The notes below the pieces were generated by a model. It searched no databases and had not been told where the DNA came from. It saw only the letters and a list, made by a program, of their open reading frames with translations. A program made the position numbers and the translations under genes. This document shows, in pieces, positions 49,874-59,758 of a stretch of 64,000 bases of DNA. The stretch covers positions 64,001 through 128,000 of the forward strand of contig CAXXHG010000047.1 in the NCBI GenBank assembly GCA_963666315.2. Reading direction: 5' to 3'. Origin of the DNA: Candidatus Binatia bacterium. GTDB taxonomy: Bacteria; Desulfobacterota; Binatia; Bin18. How positions within the stretch are numbered: the first letter of the stretch is position 1; every line of letters begins with the position of its first letter.

Positions 49874-50872
49874 ATGGAAAACGGACACACGATTTGTTTA
49901 GGAACCGTTGGCGCGGGGGTATGGTATAGCTCTGACAGTGGCGAACGCTGGCGACGAAGTCGGATGAATCTGCCGTTTGATGCTGAGCCTGGGGAAGTCC
50001 AGATTCGTTCGCTGGTTGTCTCTCCGCATGACGCCAACGTCGTGTATGCGGGCTCTGAGGTGGGGCTGTATCGGAGCAAGGACAAAGGCGCGATCTGGGA
50101 CCTGATAGAATCTCCCGCAGACGGGAAACAAATTTGGTCGCTTGCCGTTCATCCGGATGATCCAGACATAATTCTTGTCGGAACCAAACCGCCGTGCGTA
50201 TTGCGTACCAAGGACGGCGGCAAGAACTGGCAAGAATTGCCTATCAATGCTGCTGAGCGCTGCCTTGCCGGAGCGCCCAAGGTCACCAATATCCTTTTTG
50301 ATCCACGCGACTCCGGCACGATCTGGGTGAGCGTTGAGATCGACGGTATCCATCGGAGTACAGATGGCGGTGATAGCTGGCAGCGTCTTCCCGCGCTGGG
50401 CGAAAACGAGCTGAACCAGGATATCCACGGTCTGACGATCAGCCCTGATCCGCACAGAAAAATCATAGCTACCACCCCGGACGGCATTTGGACCAGCACG
50501 GACGAAGGGCAGAGCTGGTCGCTGCACGGTTTCCCGCGTTTCTTCGAGCGGGGCATCTCGTATTGTCGTGGTGTAGCGCTGAAAGCCGATGATTCGGACG
50601 TCATGTTTGTGGGCAACGGCGATTTTATCCCGGGCAAGGTCGGTGCTATCCAGCGTTCGACTGATGGCGGGCAAACGTGGCAGGCCGCTCCTTTACCCGT
50701 CGTCCCCAATTCCACCATTTATTGGTTTGCCACGAATCCGGCGGATCCTGATTTTATTGTGGCCAACAGCCTGCATGGTTATGTCTACACCAGTTATGAC
50801 GCTGGCGTATCGTGGAATAAATCAGAACGGGAGTTTGGTGAGGTGCGAGCCTTAGCTTGGACGCCGAATTAA
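49874..50872 (+). CDS. BNR/Asp-box beta-propeller protein
   Basis: Repeated S.D.G.[ST]W boxes; no signal peptide. Confidence 0.88.
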   Translation: MENGHTICLGTVGAGVWYSSDSGERWRRSRMNLPFDAEPGEVQIRSLVVSPHDANVVYAGSEVGLYRSKDKGAIWDLIESPADGKQIWSLAVHPDDPDIILVGTKPPCVLRTKDGGKNWQELPINAAERCLAGAPKVTNILFDPRDSGTIWVSVEIDGIHRSTDGGDSWQRLPALGENELNQDIHGLTISPDPHRKIIATTPDGIWTSTDEGQSWSLHGFPRFFERGISYCRGVALKADDSDVMFVGNGDFIPGKVGAIQRSTDGGQTWQAAPLPVVPNSTIYWFATNPADPDFIVANSLHGYVYTSYDAGVSWNKSEREFGEVRALAWTPN

Positions 50873-50901
50873 GCTCTCGCCCGCCACAAAAAGTCTACCA
50901 A

Positions 50902-51030
50902 AATCCCTTCTCTCCAGGTAGGAGAGGGGCAGGGTGGGGGGATAGCAGTTGTATAGGATGCAGCCCATGCACCGTGCTCTCTTAGAAAATCTCTTCTAGG
51001 GAGGGGTGGCGCGTAGCGCCGGGGTGGGTT
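50902..51030. repeat. CCCTCTC..GAGAGGG / GGGAGGGGTGGCG..GGGGTGGGTT repeat cluster
   Basis: Two hairpin repeats; the second is similar to 5003 and 30364. Confidence 0.6.
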
Positions 51031-51076
51031 GCCCTTCCTTTTCCGAAGGTGAAGGAGACTAAGAAAGGAAAAACCC

Positions 51077-51610
51077 ATGGCCAGAATTCCATACGTCGAA
51101 AAAGACACGGCAACCGCAGAGGCAAAAGAGTTGTACGATAGTTTTGCCCAGCAGTTTAACCTAGACGATGTGCCCAATGTCGTGAAGGCATTGTCAAATA
51201 ACCCCAAGCTGGCCAAGCGAATTTTTCCACTCGCCGATTACTTTATGCATCAATCCGCCCTGGATCCCCGGTTGCGCGAGTTAGCCGTGCTCATTCTCAT
51301 GAAGCGACTCAACTGCAATTACGGTTTCGTGCGGCACATCTCAATCGCTGAAGGCACGGGGATTTCCCGCGAACAGATCGACACCATTGGTTCGTATCAA
51401 ACGAGCTCGCTGTTTAATGATGACGACAAGTTAATCCTGCGCTACGCTGACGACCTGACCCAGAAGGGCACGGTCGATGACGAGCTATTTCAACAGGTCC
51501 AAGACTGCATAGGACAGCAGCATATTCTCGATCTCACCGCAGCCACCTCATTCTGGAATATGATGGCCCGCAACCTCAACGCCTTACGGGTTGATTTAGA
51601 AGACTGGTAA
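51077..51610 (+). CDS. Carboxymuconolactone decarboxylase / AhpD-like family protein
   Basis: MARIPYV, LDPRLRELAVL...CNYGFVRH and ILRYADDLT motifs. Confidence 0.85.
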   Translation: MARIPYVEKDTATAEAKELYDSFAQQFNLDDVPNVVKALSNNPKLAKRIFPLADYFMHQSALDPRLRELAVLILMKRLNCNYGFVRHISIAEGTGISREQIDTIGSYQTSSLFNDDDKLILRYADDLTQKGTVDDELFQQVQDCIGQQHILDLTAATSFWNMMARNLNALRVDLEDW

Positions 51611-51671
51611 GCTTTGCTCAGAGCCTGTAGGGAGATGAGGTGAGGGTCGTAATGCCGCGAAAAGGGGATCG

Positions 51672-54600
51672 TTAGAGTTTGAGTTGTTTCCTGTCACCAC
51701 AGGAACCACGGATACGCCCCTGCTGCTTTTCAAGAAGGCACTTCTCCGACATCTTCATGACTGTTCTTCCGTTCGCCTCGATCCGTCTGACGAGTGAGAC
51801 TTGGGCGCGCTTCTCTATCTGAGAGACCGAGACCTCGTCTTGCACTATAACCCGGTACTCCTGCTCACAGGCCAGCCTTTGAAAACCTATTCTGGCGCCG
51901 TTATTTACCGCTCCAAGTTCGACTAAAGTCGCCACGTTTTGACATGGATTTTGGTAGGCTAGGCGGACTTTTCTGACCCAATCTTTGGCCTCTTCAATCG
52001 TCACGGTGCTGCTTGCCTCATCCTGGGCCTTCCCTCTGGCTTGCTCAAAGAATACTGCAGCCTCACGGTATCGAGTTCTTGCAGTTGTATACTGCCGACT
52101 ATCACGCAGTTGGTTCGCATTTGCTTGGGCCGATATTCCATCCTGAAATAGTGCTGAAGCATATTGGCGGGCACTAGCTTTTTCGGCTTCTTGTTTCCGT
52201 GCCTCTGCCGTGTCCTGGGCGCCTTGCATCGTCGTTTGGTTTCTCTTACCCGCTTGTTGTTTTGCCCTTGTAGCTGCATCGTTAAAGAAACGGGTTGCTT
52301 GGGCATAGTGTTGTCGTGCTTCCAGATATCGTTGCTCTTGGCTAGATCCGTCGGCTTGGGTCAGGGCATACTGCGCCTTTTGGAGGAGGTCTCGAGCATC
52401 GTTTTTTGCACCAGCCTTTTCAGCTTTTACACGGGCTTGGGCGGCTTGATTTTGTATTGTGTCAACCAGCTTGAGCTGCTGGGTGCGTGCTTGATCTAGC
52501 GCTTGTGAAAAGAGATCTTGGGCACTCCGATATTGCTCGGTGGCCAGTGCGTACTGTTTGTTGGTACCCAGCCGATTCGCCTCTCGGAGCGCATCCATAC
52601 CCTGACTCCAGGAGCGTTCTGCATATTGGGGTGCCTCAATCTGTTTGGCTTGCTGCTGAATGTCGCTCACGAAGGCTGCAAGTTCTATGGCCGTGTTGTT
52701 CTCTTGCGTTGCTGTAGCGAGCTTCTGCTCGGTTCGCTTCCGCGCCTCTTCTTCAGCCTTGCCCTGCGCCACCGCCGCTGCCCTAGCCTCTGCCGCTGCT
52801 TCGCGTCTAGCTTCCTCTTCTGTTACCAGTTGGACCTGTTCCTCGACTTTCCGCTGGGCCGCTACGTCCTCGATTCGCTTTTGCGCTTCTTCTCCTTCGC
52901 GCTGGGCTTCCTCCGTTTTCCGTTGTTCGGCCTGTTGGCGGGCGCCCTCGGTTTGTTGGGCGAGTGTTTTGCTTTGGTCGACCAACGGGGTGGGGACGGG
53001 CGGTGGAGGCCGCTTTGCGACCACTTGCACTGGTTCGTCTGGAATCGGGCCGGTTTCTGTATCGGGCGGCTCAAGAAATCGAACCAGAATTGTGGCAGCA
53101 ATAAGAATACTAGCGGCAGCGGCAAGACGGGGGGCATACTGCTTGAACAGAGCGCCTCTACGGGCCTGCTCGGCAATGCTCAGGGCATCTTTATATGCCC
53201 GGATGGCCGCTGAGTACTGGGCGGTTGCTCGGGAATAGTCCGCGTCAGCCAAGAGCGGTGCGGCTTGCTGGGAGGCTTGCTCACCGTCAGTATAGCGCGC
53301 TTGGGCGCTCGGCCACTGAGCGAGGCCAAATGCCTCCGCCTTTGCCCTGGCTTGCTCTGTCGTAGCCTGGGTCTGGACGGCAGCCCGACGGGCGGCCTCG
53401 CGCTCGGCCTGCGTTACCGCTTTGACATACAGCTCCGCTGCCTGTGCAAATTGTTCCTTGGCCTCGGTGTATGCTTGTGTGTCAAACTCGGCCTGCGCGC
53501 TGCTCAGCGCTCTTGTCGCCTCGCGCCACGCCGTCTCCGCCAGCCCCTGAGCTTGGGCGTCGCGTGCTGTCTGTTGGCCGGCTAGCGCTGAGGCCTGAGC
53601 CTGGAGGGCAGCCTGACGGGCGGCCTCGCGCTCGGCCTGTGTTACCGCTTCGGCATACAGCTCCGTTGCCTGTGTAAATAGATGCGCCGCCGTGGCGTAG
53701 GCTGCAGAAGCAGGGGTCGCCTGCGCTGCCTGGAAAGTCTCTGATGCTTGGGTAAGACTATCCTCCGCAGCCGTCCAGGCGGTCGGAACAAGTGCCTCAG
53801 CGTCACACGCTTGCGCCTTTACCCTGGCTTTCTCTGCCGCCGTCTGGGCTTGTTCCGTCGCTTGGCGGGCGGCCTCGAGCTCTGCCTGTGTAGCCGCTTT
53901 GGCATACAGCTCCGCTGCCTGCGTCAATAGATGCGCCGCCGTGGTGTAGGCTGCAGAAGCAGGGGTTGCCTGCGCTGCCTGGAAAGTCTCCGTTGCTTGG
54001 GTAAGACTATCCTCCGCGGCCGTCCAGGCCGTCGGAACAAATGCCTCAGCGTCACACGCTTGCGCCTTTGCCCTGGCTTTCTCTGCCGCTGTCTGGGCTT
54101 GTTCCGCCGCCCGGCGGGCTGTTTCCTGTTCCGCCGTCGTCTGGGCCGCCTCGTACTGAGTGGTCGCTGCCGCGAACTGCCCCTGGGCGGTCGTATACCT
54201 GGCCGCGTCGTCTTCCTCCCCTGCACGCGTAAACGTTGTCGTCGCTGCTCCCAACGCAGCCTCTGCTGCCGTCCAGTCTTCTCTCGCCAGGGGCTCCGCT
54301 TGGGCGGCCTGGGCCTGGGCTCGGGCGTGTGCGGCCGTTTCCAGCGCCGCTGCCGCTAGGTCTTGAGCCGCCTGCACGCAGGCGAGGGTCTCCGCAGCCG
54401 CAAAGCATTCCGCGGCCGCCTGAAACTGTGTCGCGGCTTCGGTATAATCGTGGGCTTCCCATGCCGCCTGCGCCCGCCCAAGCACGGCTTCTGCTTGCTC
54501 CCACTCCGTGGGTGCAAGACCCGCCGCCTGCGCGCCCGCCGCTTGTCCCTTTGCCCTGTCAGCCTCGCCCTGTGCTGCCTGCGCTGCCGCTCCCTGCGTC

Positions 54601-57600
54601 CCGCGTGTGGCGATGCTCAGCGCCTCTTCATACGCCTGGGTTGCCGCTGCGTACAACGGGCTGGCCTGACGATACTCCGTCCTGTCCCAGTGGTCGGCTG
54701 CTTGGCCGTAGGCCGCGTCGCCAGCCGTCACGCGGGCTTGGGCTTGTGGCCAGGAACGGATATCCGTGGCCTCAGTTCGTTCCTTCGCGCTCTTGGTGGC
54801 TTGCTTCGCAGGCTCCGCCTCTCGGCGGGCTGCTTCCTGGTCAGCGGCTATCCGGGCCGCCTCGTAGAGAGTGGTTGCCGTCTCAAACTGGGCGATTGCG
54901 GTCGTACACCCCGCTGCGTCGTGTTCCTCCTCCGCGCGCTCAAATGTGGCGCTGGCTTCTCCCCACGTCGCTTCCGCGTCGTCCCAGTCGCTCGGTGCTA
55001 AGGTGGCTGCGTGCGCCGCTTCGGCTCCCTCACGGGCAGCCAGCGTCACACGTTGGGCCGTCTCGGCGCTGCGCCGTGCCGCCTCCCCCTCCGCGCTTGC
55101 CTGCGCCTCCCCATAGAGTGCGGTCGCCGCCTGAAACTGCGTCTCCGCTAGCGTATAGTCGTGGGCCTTCCATGCCGTCTGCGCTTGCCCAAACTCTCCT
55201 CCCGCGGCTATCCACTCCGCCTGCGCCAAGGCTACCGCCTGCGCCGCCGCTGCCTGGCCCCTCGCCCGATTAGCCTCGCCCTGTGCTGCCTGCGCTGCCG
55301 CTCCCTGCGTCCCGCGTGTGGCGATGCTCAGCGCCTCTTCATACGCCTGGGTTGCCGCTGCGTACAACGGGCTGGCCTGAAGATACTCCGCCCTGTCCCA
55401 GTGGCCGACGGCTTGCCGGTAGACCTCGTCCGCGGCCGTCACGCGGGCTTGGGCTTGTGGCCAGGAGCGGATATCCGTGGTCTCAGTTTGTCCCTTTGCG
55501 CTCTGGGCGACTTGCTTCGCTGTCTCCGCCTCCCGGCGGGCGGTCTCTTGGTCAGCCGCCGTCCGGGCCATCTCGTAGTGAGTGGTTGCCGTCTCAAACT
55601 GGGCGATTGCGGTCGTACACCCCGCTGCGTCGTGTTCCTCCTCCGCGCGCTCAAATGTGGCGCTGGCTTCTCCCCACGTCGCTTCCGCGTCGTCCCAGTC
55701 GCTCGGTGCTAAGGTGGCTGCGTGCGCCGCTTCGGCCTGCGTGTGCGCGTGTTGGGCTGCTCCCTGTGCCGCCTGCGCCGCTTTATGAGCCGCCTGCAGC
55801 CGCGCGGCCTCCGCTGCCGTCGCGAAGAATTCTGCTGCCGCCTGAAACTGCGCCTCCGCTGCGGTATACGTGGCGGCAGCCGGGGTCTCCTCTGCCTCTT
55901 GGAAGACGGCCTCGGCTGACTCTGCCTGCGTGACGGCCTGCTGCCACGCAGGAGCAACGAGTCTTTCCGCGCTGGCCGCCTGTGCCTGCGCGTGGGCGGC
56001 GGCGACGGCGTTACGGGCAGTCGCCGCCGCACTGGCCGCCGCTCTGACGGCCCGTTTCGCTTTCCGCCGCTTATCTTCTTCTAGTGCTTGTTCCTGAAGG
56101 GCCCCAAACTCCTGGTTAGCTTGCGTGTAACAGGGGAGCGCGGCAGTCCAGTCTTGGGCTTCTGCGTGCGCGAGGCCCGTACTGAGCCGTTGCGCCACTT
56201 CTGCGAACTCCTGAGCAGAAAATATCTTTGCGCCAGCTAACTCTGCCCCTTCTTGAGCGCGCTGCGCGTCTTCGCACGCGACTTGGGCTTTTTCCTTATT
56301 GGCTAGAGAGAGCAGTAGCTCAAAAGCGGAAATAACGGTAGTGTACGCACTCAGCGCTGTTTCATAGTCTTCCTGGTCGAAGGCCTCTTCTGCACGCCGC
56401 CACTGCTCTTCCGTAGCGGTTGACTCGTTTGGAACGAGGTCCTGGGCTCCCTCCCCTATGACTCGGTCCCGTAGCTGCTGGGCCGCTTCCTGGGGCACCA
56501 GATCTAAGGCTTCCCTGAAAGAGGCCGCCGCTTTCTCATAGCCTAATCCGTCCTGCGCCTGCGTTTGGTGGGCTACCCCGTCGCGGTAGGCCTTTGCAGC
56601 ACGTGGCCAGTTTTGCACACCCCGTTTATCCGCTTCTTGTCGAAGCCGTTCGGCCTGCTCGGGGGCGGCCGCAGCCCAGGCCGCTTGGGCTGCCTCTCCA
56701 AAAAGTTGCCGGGCTTCTTCGTAAGCCGTTACGGCCTTCGTATAGGAGCGCGCCGCGATCAGCTGCCCGCCCTCTGCTTCCCGCTCTCCTGCCCGATTCC
56801 AGAGGTCGGCTGCCCAGTGTCCCGCCTCTTTTTCTTCCGCCTGCTGTTTGGCATTCCCTAGCTCCGCTCGGACTGCCAGGGCCTGCTCGAATGCCGGCAA
56901 CACCTCCCGGCACTGATCAATCGCTTGCAGCAGGGCCTGCATGTCTGGATAGCGATCATCGGGACGCCAGGTGATCGCTTGTCTCAGCAGATCCTCGAAT
57001 TCGGGTAAGCCTCCAATGTCGAGAGTCCGAATGGCCTCGCGGTTTGGGTACGGATGCACCCGCTCGCCCGTATAGAGCTCGGCCATCACCAAGCCGAGGG
57101 AATAAATATCGCTCCGGTGGTCAAGATTTTTCAGACCATTGAATTGCTCTGGAGAGGCATACGCTCCCGTGAACACCATAGTCCCGGTATGGCCGGTGTC
57201 ACCTTCTTGGACCTTCTTGGCAATGCCCAGGTCCATGACTACCACCCGCTCCGTGTCGTCCTCGATCATAATATTGGGCGGTTTGATATCCCGATGGACC
57301 AGCTGCTGGCCGTGCATATACGACAGTGCGTCGGCGACCTGATCCGCAATATCGAGCACACGGCGAAGGGGGAGTCCTGCAGCGGAAGCCAACGGTTGGG
57401 TTGTCTCGGTGAACTTGACCGTTTCGTCGAGTTGGTTGAGTACTTCCCGCAGCGTTTGGCCTCGGATGTACTCCATCAGGATGTAATTGCAATCCTTCTC
57501 CTCGTCGTACTCCGCATCGAAGACTTGGACGATGTGATCGTGCTTGCCGAGCTGCGCCATCCTTTGCGCTTCATTCTGGAAGCGCTCAACCATGGCTCCA

Positions 57601-57767
57601 TCTGCCGCAAATTGAGGCGAGAGAATCTTTAAAGCGCGATGCACATTCAGTCTGCGCTGGAGCACTTCGTACACCTCTCCCATGCCGCCGACGCCGACCA
57701 GCTTGAGGACGGTGTAGCGACCATCGATGATGTCGTCCTGGGAAAGGGTTTGTTTCGCCTCAGACAT
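51672..57767 (-). CDS. Giant (2031 aa) membrane-anchored Hanks-type Ser/Thr kinase with Ala-rich helical repeats
   Basis: GVGGMGEVY, ALKIL, HRDIKPPN, DLGIAK, YASPEQ and SDIYSLG. About 16 repeats, then a TM helix (about aa 1548-1565), a Pro linker, 3 more repeats and a Cys-containing C-terminal domain. Confidence 0.92.
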   Translation of the reverse strand: MSEAKQTLSQDDIIDGRYTVLKLVGVGGMGEVYEVLQRRLNVHRALKILSPQFAADGAMVERFQNEAQRMAQLGKHDHIVQVFDAEYDEEKDCNYILMEYIRGQTLREVLNQLDETVKFTETTQPLASAAGLPLRRVLDIADQVADALSYMHGQQLVHRDIKPPNIMIEDDTERVVVMDLGIAKKVQEGDTGHTGTMVFTGAYASPEQFNGLKNLDHRSDIYSLGLVMAELYTGERVHPYPNREAIRTLDIGGLPEFEDLLRQAITWRPDDRYPDMQALLQAIDQCREVLPAFEQALAVRAELGNAKQQAEEKEAGHWAADLWNRAGEREAEGGQLIAARSYTKAVTAYEEARQLFGEAAQAAWAAAAPEQAERLRQEADKRGVQNWPRAAKAYRDGVAHQTQAQDGLGYEKAAASFREALDLVPQEAAQQLRDRVIGEGAQDLVPNESTATEEQWRRAEEAFDQEDYETALSAYTTVISAFELLLSLANKEKAQVACEDAQRAQEGAELAGAKIFSAQEFAEVAQRLSTGLAHAEAQDWTAALPCYTQANQEFGALQEQALEEDKRRKAKRAVRAAASAAATARNAVAAAHAQAQAASAERLVAPAWQQAVTQAESAEAVFQEAEETPAAATYTAAEAQFQAAAEFFATAAEAARLQAAHKAAQAAQGAAQHAHTQAEAAHAATLAPSDWDDAEATWGEASATFERAEEEHDAAGCTTAIAQFETATTHYEMARTAADQETARREAETAKQVAQSAKGQTETTDIRSWPQAQARVTAADEVYRQAVGHWDRAEYLQASPLYAAATQAYEEALSIATRGTQGAAAQAAQGEANRARGQAAAAQAVALAQAEWIAAGGEFGQAQTAWKAHDYTLAETQFQAATALYGEAQASAEGEAARRSAETAQRVTLAAREGAEAAHAATLAPSDWDDAEATWGEASATFERAEEEHDAAGCTTAIAQFETATTLYEAARIAADQEAARREAEPAKQATKSAKERTEATDIRSWPQAQARVTAGDAAYGQAADHWDRTEYRQASPLYAAATQAYEEALSIATRGTQGAAAQAAQGEADRAKGQAAGAQAAGLAPTEWEQAEAVLGRAQAAWEAHDYTEAATQFQAAAECFAAAETLACVQAAQDLAAAALETAAHARAQAQAAQAEPLAREDWTAAEAALGAATTTFTRAGEEDDAARYTTAQGQFAAATTQYEAAQTTAEQETARRAAEQAQTAAEKARAKAQACDAEAFVPTAWTAAEDSLTQATETFQAAQATPASAAYTTAAHLLTQAAELYAKAATQAELEAARQATEQAQTAAEKARVKAQACDAEALVPTAWTAAEDSLTQASETFQAAQATPASAAYATAAHLFTQATELYAEAVTQAEREAARQAALQAQASALAGQQTARDAQAQGLAETAWREATRALSSAQAEFDTQAYTEAKEQFAQAAELYVKAVTQAEREAARRAAVQTQATTEQARAKAEAFGLAQWPSAQARYTDGEQASQQAAPLLADADYSRATAQYSAAIRAYKDALSIAEQARRGALFKQYAPRLAAAASILIAATILVRFLEPPDTETGPIPDEPVQVVAKRPPPPVPTPLVDQSKTLAQQTEGARQQAEQRKTEEAQREGEEAQKRIEDVAAQRKVEEQVQLVTEEEARREAAAEARAAAVAQGKAEEEARKRTEQKLATATQENNTAIELAAFVSDIQQQAKQIEAPQYAERSWSQGMDALREANRLGTNKQYALATEQYRSAQDLFSQALDQARTQQLKLVDTIQNQAAQARVKAEKAGAKNDARDLLQKAQYALTQADGSSQEQRYLEARQHYAQATRFFNDAATRAKQQAGKRNQTTMQGAQDTAEARKQEAEKASARQYASALFQDGISAQANANQLRDSRQYTTARTRYREAAVFFEQARGKAQDEASSTVTIEEAKDWVRKVRLAYQNPCQNVATLVELGAVNNGARIGFQRLACEQEYRVIVQDEVSVSQIEKRAQVSLVRRIEANGRTVMKMSEKCLLEKQQGRIRGSCGDRKQLKL
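53645..54106. repeat. Intragenic direct repeat, period 249 bp
   Basis: 53645-53857 vs 53894-54106 are near-identical. Confidence 0.85.
54561..55736. repeat. Intragenic direct repeat, period 711 bp
   Basis: 54561-55025 vs 55272-55736 are near-identical, with long perfect stretches. Confidence 0.9.
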
Positions 57768-57982
57768 TATACGTCAGACGTGAGGAGCTACAGCATCCCT
57801 GTGCTTTTCGTGCATGCTTAGAGGGCGTCCAAAAAGTCCATTCCGGGCGTCGCCCGGCTGCAATCAGCGTGTCCAGCGTTGCCCTGCATCTCCATATCCC
57901 AGTGGATATGGCTGCTTCGAGCGCCTCGGTCACACCGTTTTCGCGCGGGCTTTGGCCGCAGAGACACTTATTAGACATCCTC

Positions 57983-58762
57983 TTAGCGCGCGGCGGTCTC
58001 CTCGTAGGCCAGGACAATCACCGTGCTATTATCTGGACCGCCCCGTTCGTTGGCTAAATCCACCAGACCATCACACGCGGTTTGTAAATCCTGCCCTTCT
58101 GCTGTCACTATCTCTAGGAGTTCCTGATCGTTTATTACCCCGTGGACACCATCACTGCACAGAACAAATAGATCTCCAACTTGTGGTGTTTCCATACGGA
58201 TATCGGGGCGCACCATGGCACTCGTCCCTACGGCTTGGGTGAGCATATGTCTGGAGGGGTGTGTGCGCATCTCCTCCTGCTCTATTTCGCCCTGCCGAAA
58301 GAGCTGTTGGACGATGGAATGATCTTCGGTGAGCTGATCAAGTTGGCCGTCTCGAACACGGTAGACGCGCGAGTCTCCCACGTGGCTGATACACACGACT
58401 TTTTCCTGTAGGTCAAATAGGATGGCCGCGATCGTCGTGCCCATGCCCTCCAAGGCTGCGTCTTGCTTGCTCCGTTCGAACACGTCGTTGTTGGCTTGAT
58501 GAACGGCCATTTCGAGCCGGCGTCCGCCAGTAGAATAGTGTCCACTAGAGTCTGCCATGGGGGTCAGGTCCTCTGCTTGAGTATTTCCGAGAGAGCGTCG
58601 CATGGTCTCTACCGCCAAAGCGCTGGCAACGGCTCCACCCTGGTGCCCACCCATGCCGTCAGCGACTATGTAAAAGGCCAGCTCCGAACAACAGCCAAAG
58701 GAGTCCTCGTTCTTTTTACGGACCTTTCCTATATCGCTCCGGACTGCAGATTGAATGATCAT
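57983..58762 (-). CDS. PP2C-type (Stp1/PrpC) Ser/Thr protein phosphatase
   Basis: SDIGKVRKKNED, VADGMGGHQGG, GMGTT, HVGDSR, LCSDG and GGPDNST motifs; AGGAG RBS. Confidence 0.94.
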   Translation of the reverse strand: MIIQSAVRSDIGKVRKKNEDSFGCCSELAFYIVADGMGGHQGGAVASALAVETMRRSLGNTQAEDLTPMADSSGHYSTGGRRLEMAVHQANNDVFERSKQDAALEGMGTTIAAILFDLQEKVVCISHVGDSRVYRVRDGQLDQLTEDHSIVQQLFRQGEIEQEEMRTHPSRHMLTQAVGTSAMVRPDIRMETPQVGDLFVLCSDGVHGVINDQELLEIVTAEGQDLQTACDGLVDLANERGGPDNSTVIVLAYEETAAR

Positions 58763-58864
58763 GAGACACTCTCCTATCTGGACGAGAGCAACGTTGCAGG
58801 TAACCACAATACTGATTTTCTTTATCTATGTCGCCTACTTAGTGGCTGTCAAGCTTCTTATTGT

Positions 58865-59740
58865 TTATCTGAGGGCTCCACGCAGCGTGAGGTCTTGCAG
58901 CGGGCTGAAATAGGCGTCGTCGCTCCGATCACGTGGAACCGGCATATGCACCCAGTCAACGCGTCTGCCCGTCTCAGCAACTGCAGCATTCGCCATGCGC
59001 ACGCTGAGCCCGAGATCCTGTGGCTGTTTCATATGCTGATGGCCCAGGTCTGCATAACAAAAATGGTAGCCTAACAAGACCTCGTCCGGAATCTGAGCGG
59101 AGAGACGCTGGATCTCGGTCACATAGCGCTGCCACGCATCTCCTGGCGGAGCCCAAGGGAAAATGCCCTCAATCTCTAAGACCTCCCAGCAGACGTCCCA
59201 CTGCAGCGCCAGATCCTCAGCCGGAATCTGCTCGACTATTTTCTCGACCTCGTGCAGCATGGCTGCCTCATACGGCGGGATTATGCGCGCCAGGTTGCCC
59301 GGCTGCTGAAAGAACCAGCCTGAACCGCCCAGAGGAGTGGGTAGGCTGACTTGAAACCGAACGGACTGGGGAATGACCCCTTGGTCACGCAGACGACAGA
59401 ATGTGCGGTACGAATCGACAGCCGCACTCGCATATTTGAGATCCGAAAATTGGATCTCCTGCGTCCACTCTTTTATTGTGAAGCGCCACGCATCCTCCAG
59501 GTCGCCCGGCATCCAGGGTTCTGGTCCCCGTTGGAGTTGATGCAGGTTGACGAGTTGTGCGTGCTCATGAAATATCCGATACGCCTGGAAGATGACCCAG
59601 ATGGTGCGGTCGCCGACTTCCCCATCAGGCAGACAGGTGACATGCGCACCCAGCTCTCGGGCACACGTGCTGAAGACCTCTGCGGCGGTATCCAGCGGGA
59701 CACTGCCAACCAGCAGAACTGAACCGGTCAAGTCTGACAT
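58865..59740 (-). CDS. UROD/MetE-like TIM-barrel protein, probably 3'-truncated
   Basis: LVGSVPL, PDGEVGDR, RFQVSLPTP, LQWDVCWE, HFCYAD and HMPVP motifs; ends at LQDLTL without the usual final LG../CG.GR segment. Confidence 0.7.
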   Translation of the reverse strand: MSDLTGSVLLVGSVPLDTAAEVFSTCARELGAHVTCLPDGEVGDRTIWVIFQAYRIFHEHAQLVNLHQLQRGPEPWMPGDLEDAWRFTIKEWTQEIQFSDLKYASAAVDSYRTFCRLRDQGVIPQSVRFQVSLPTPLGGSGWFFQQPGNLARIIPPYEAAMLHEVEKIVEQIPAEDLALQWDVCWEVLEIEGIFPWAPPGDAWQRYVTEIQRLSAQIPDEVLLGYHFCYADLGHQHMKQPQDLGLSVRMANAAVAETGRRVDWVHMPVPRDRSDDAYFSPLQDLTLRGALR

Positions 59741-59758
59741 GATTTCAACTTCACACTC

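Noticed and set aside
54236-55933. Pro/Arg-rich plus-strand ORFs
   Set aside because: Antisense artefacts of the Ala-rich kinase repeats.
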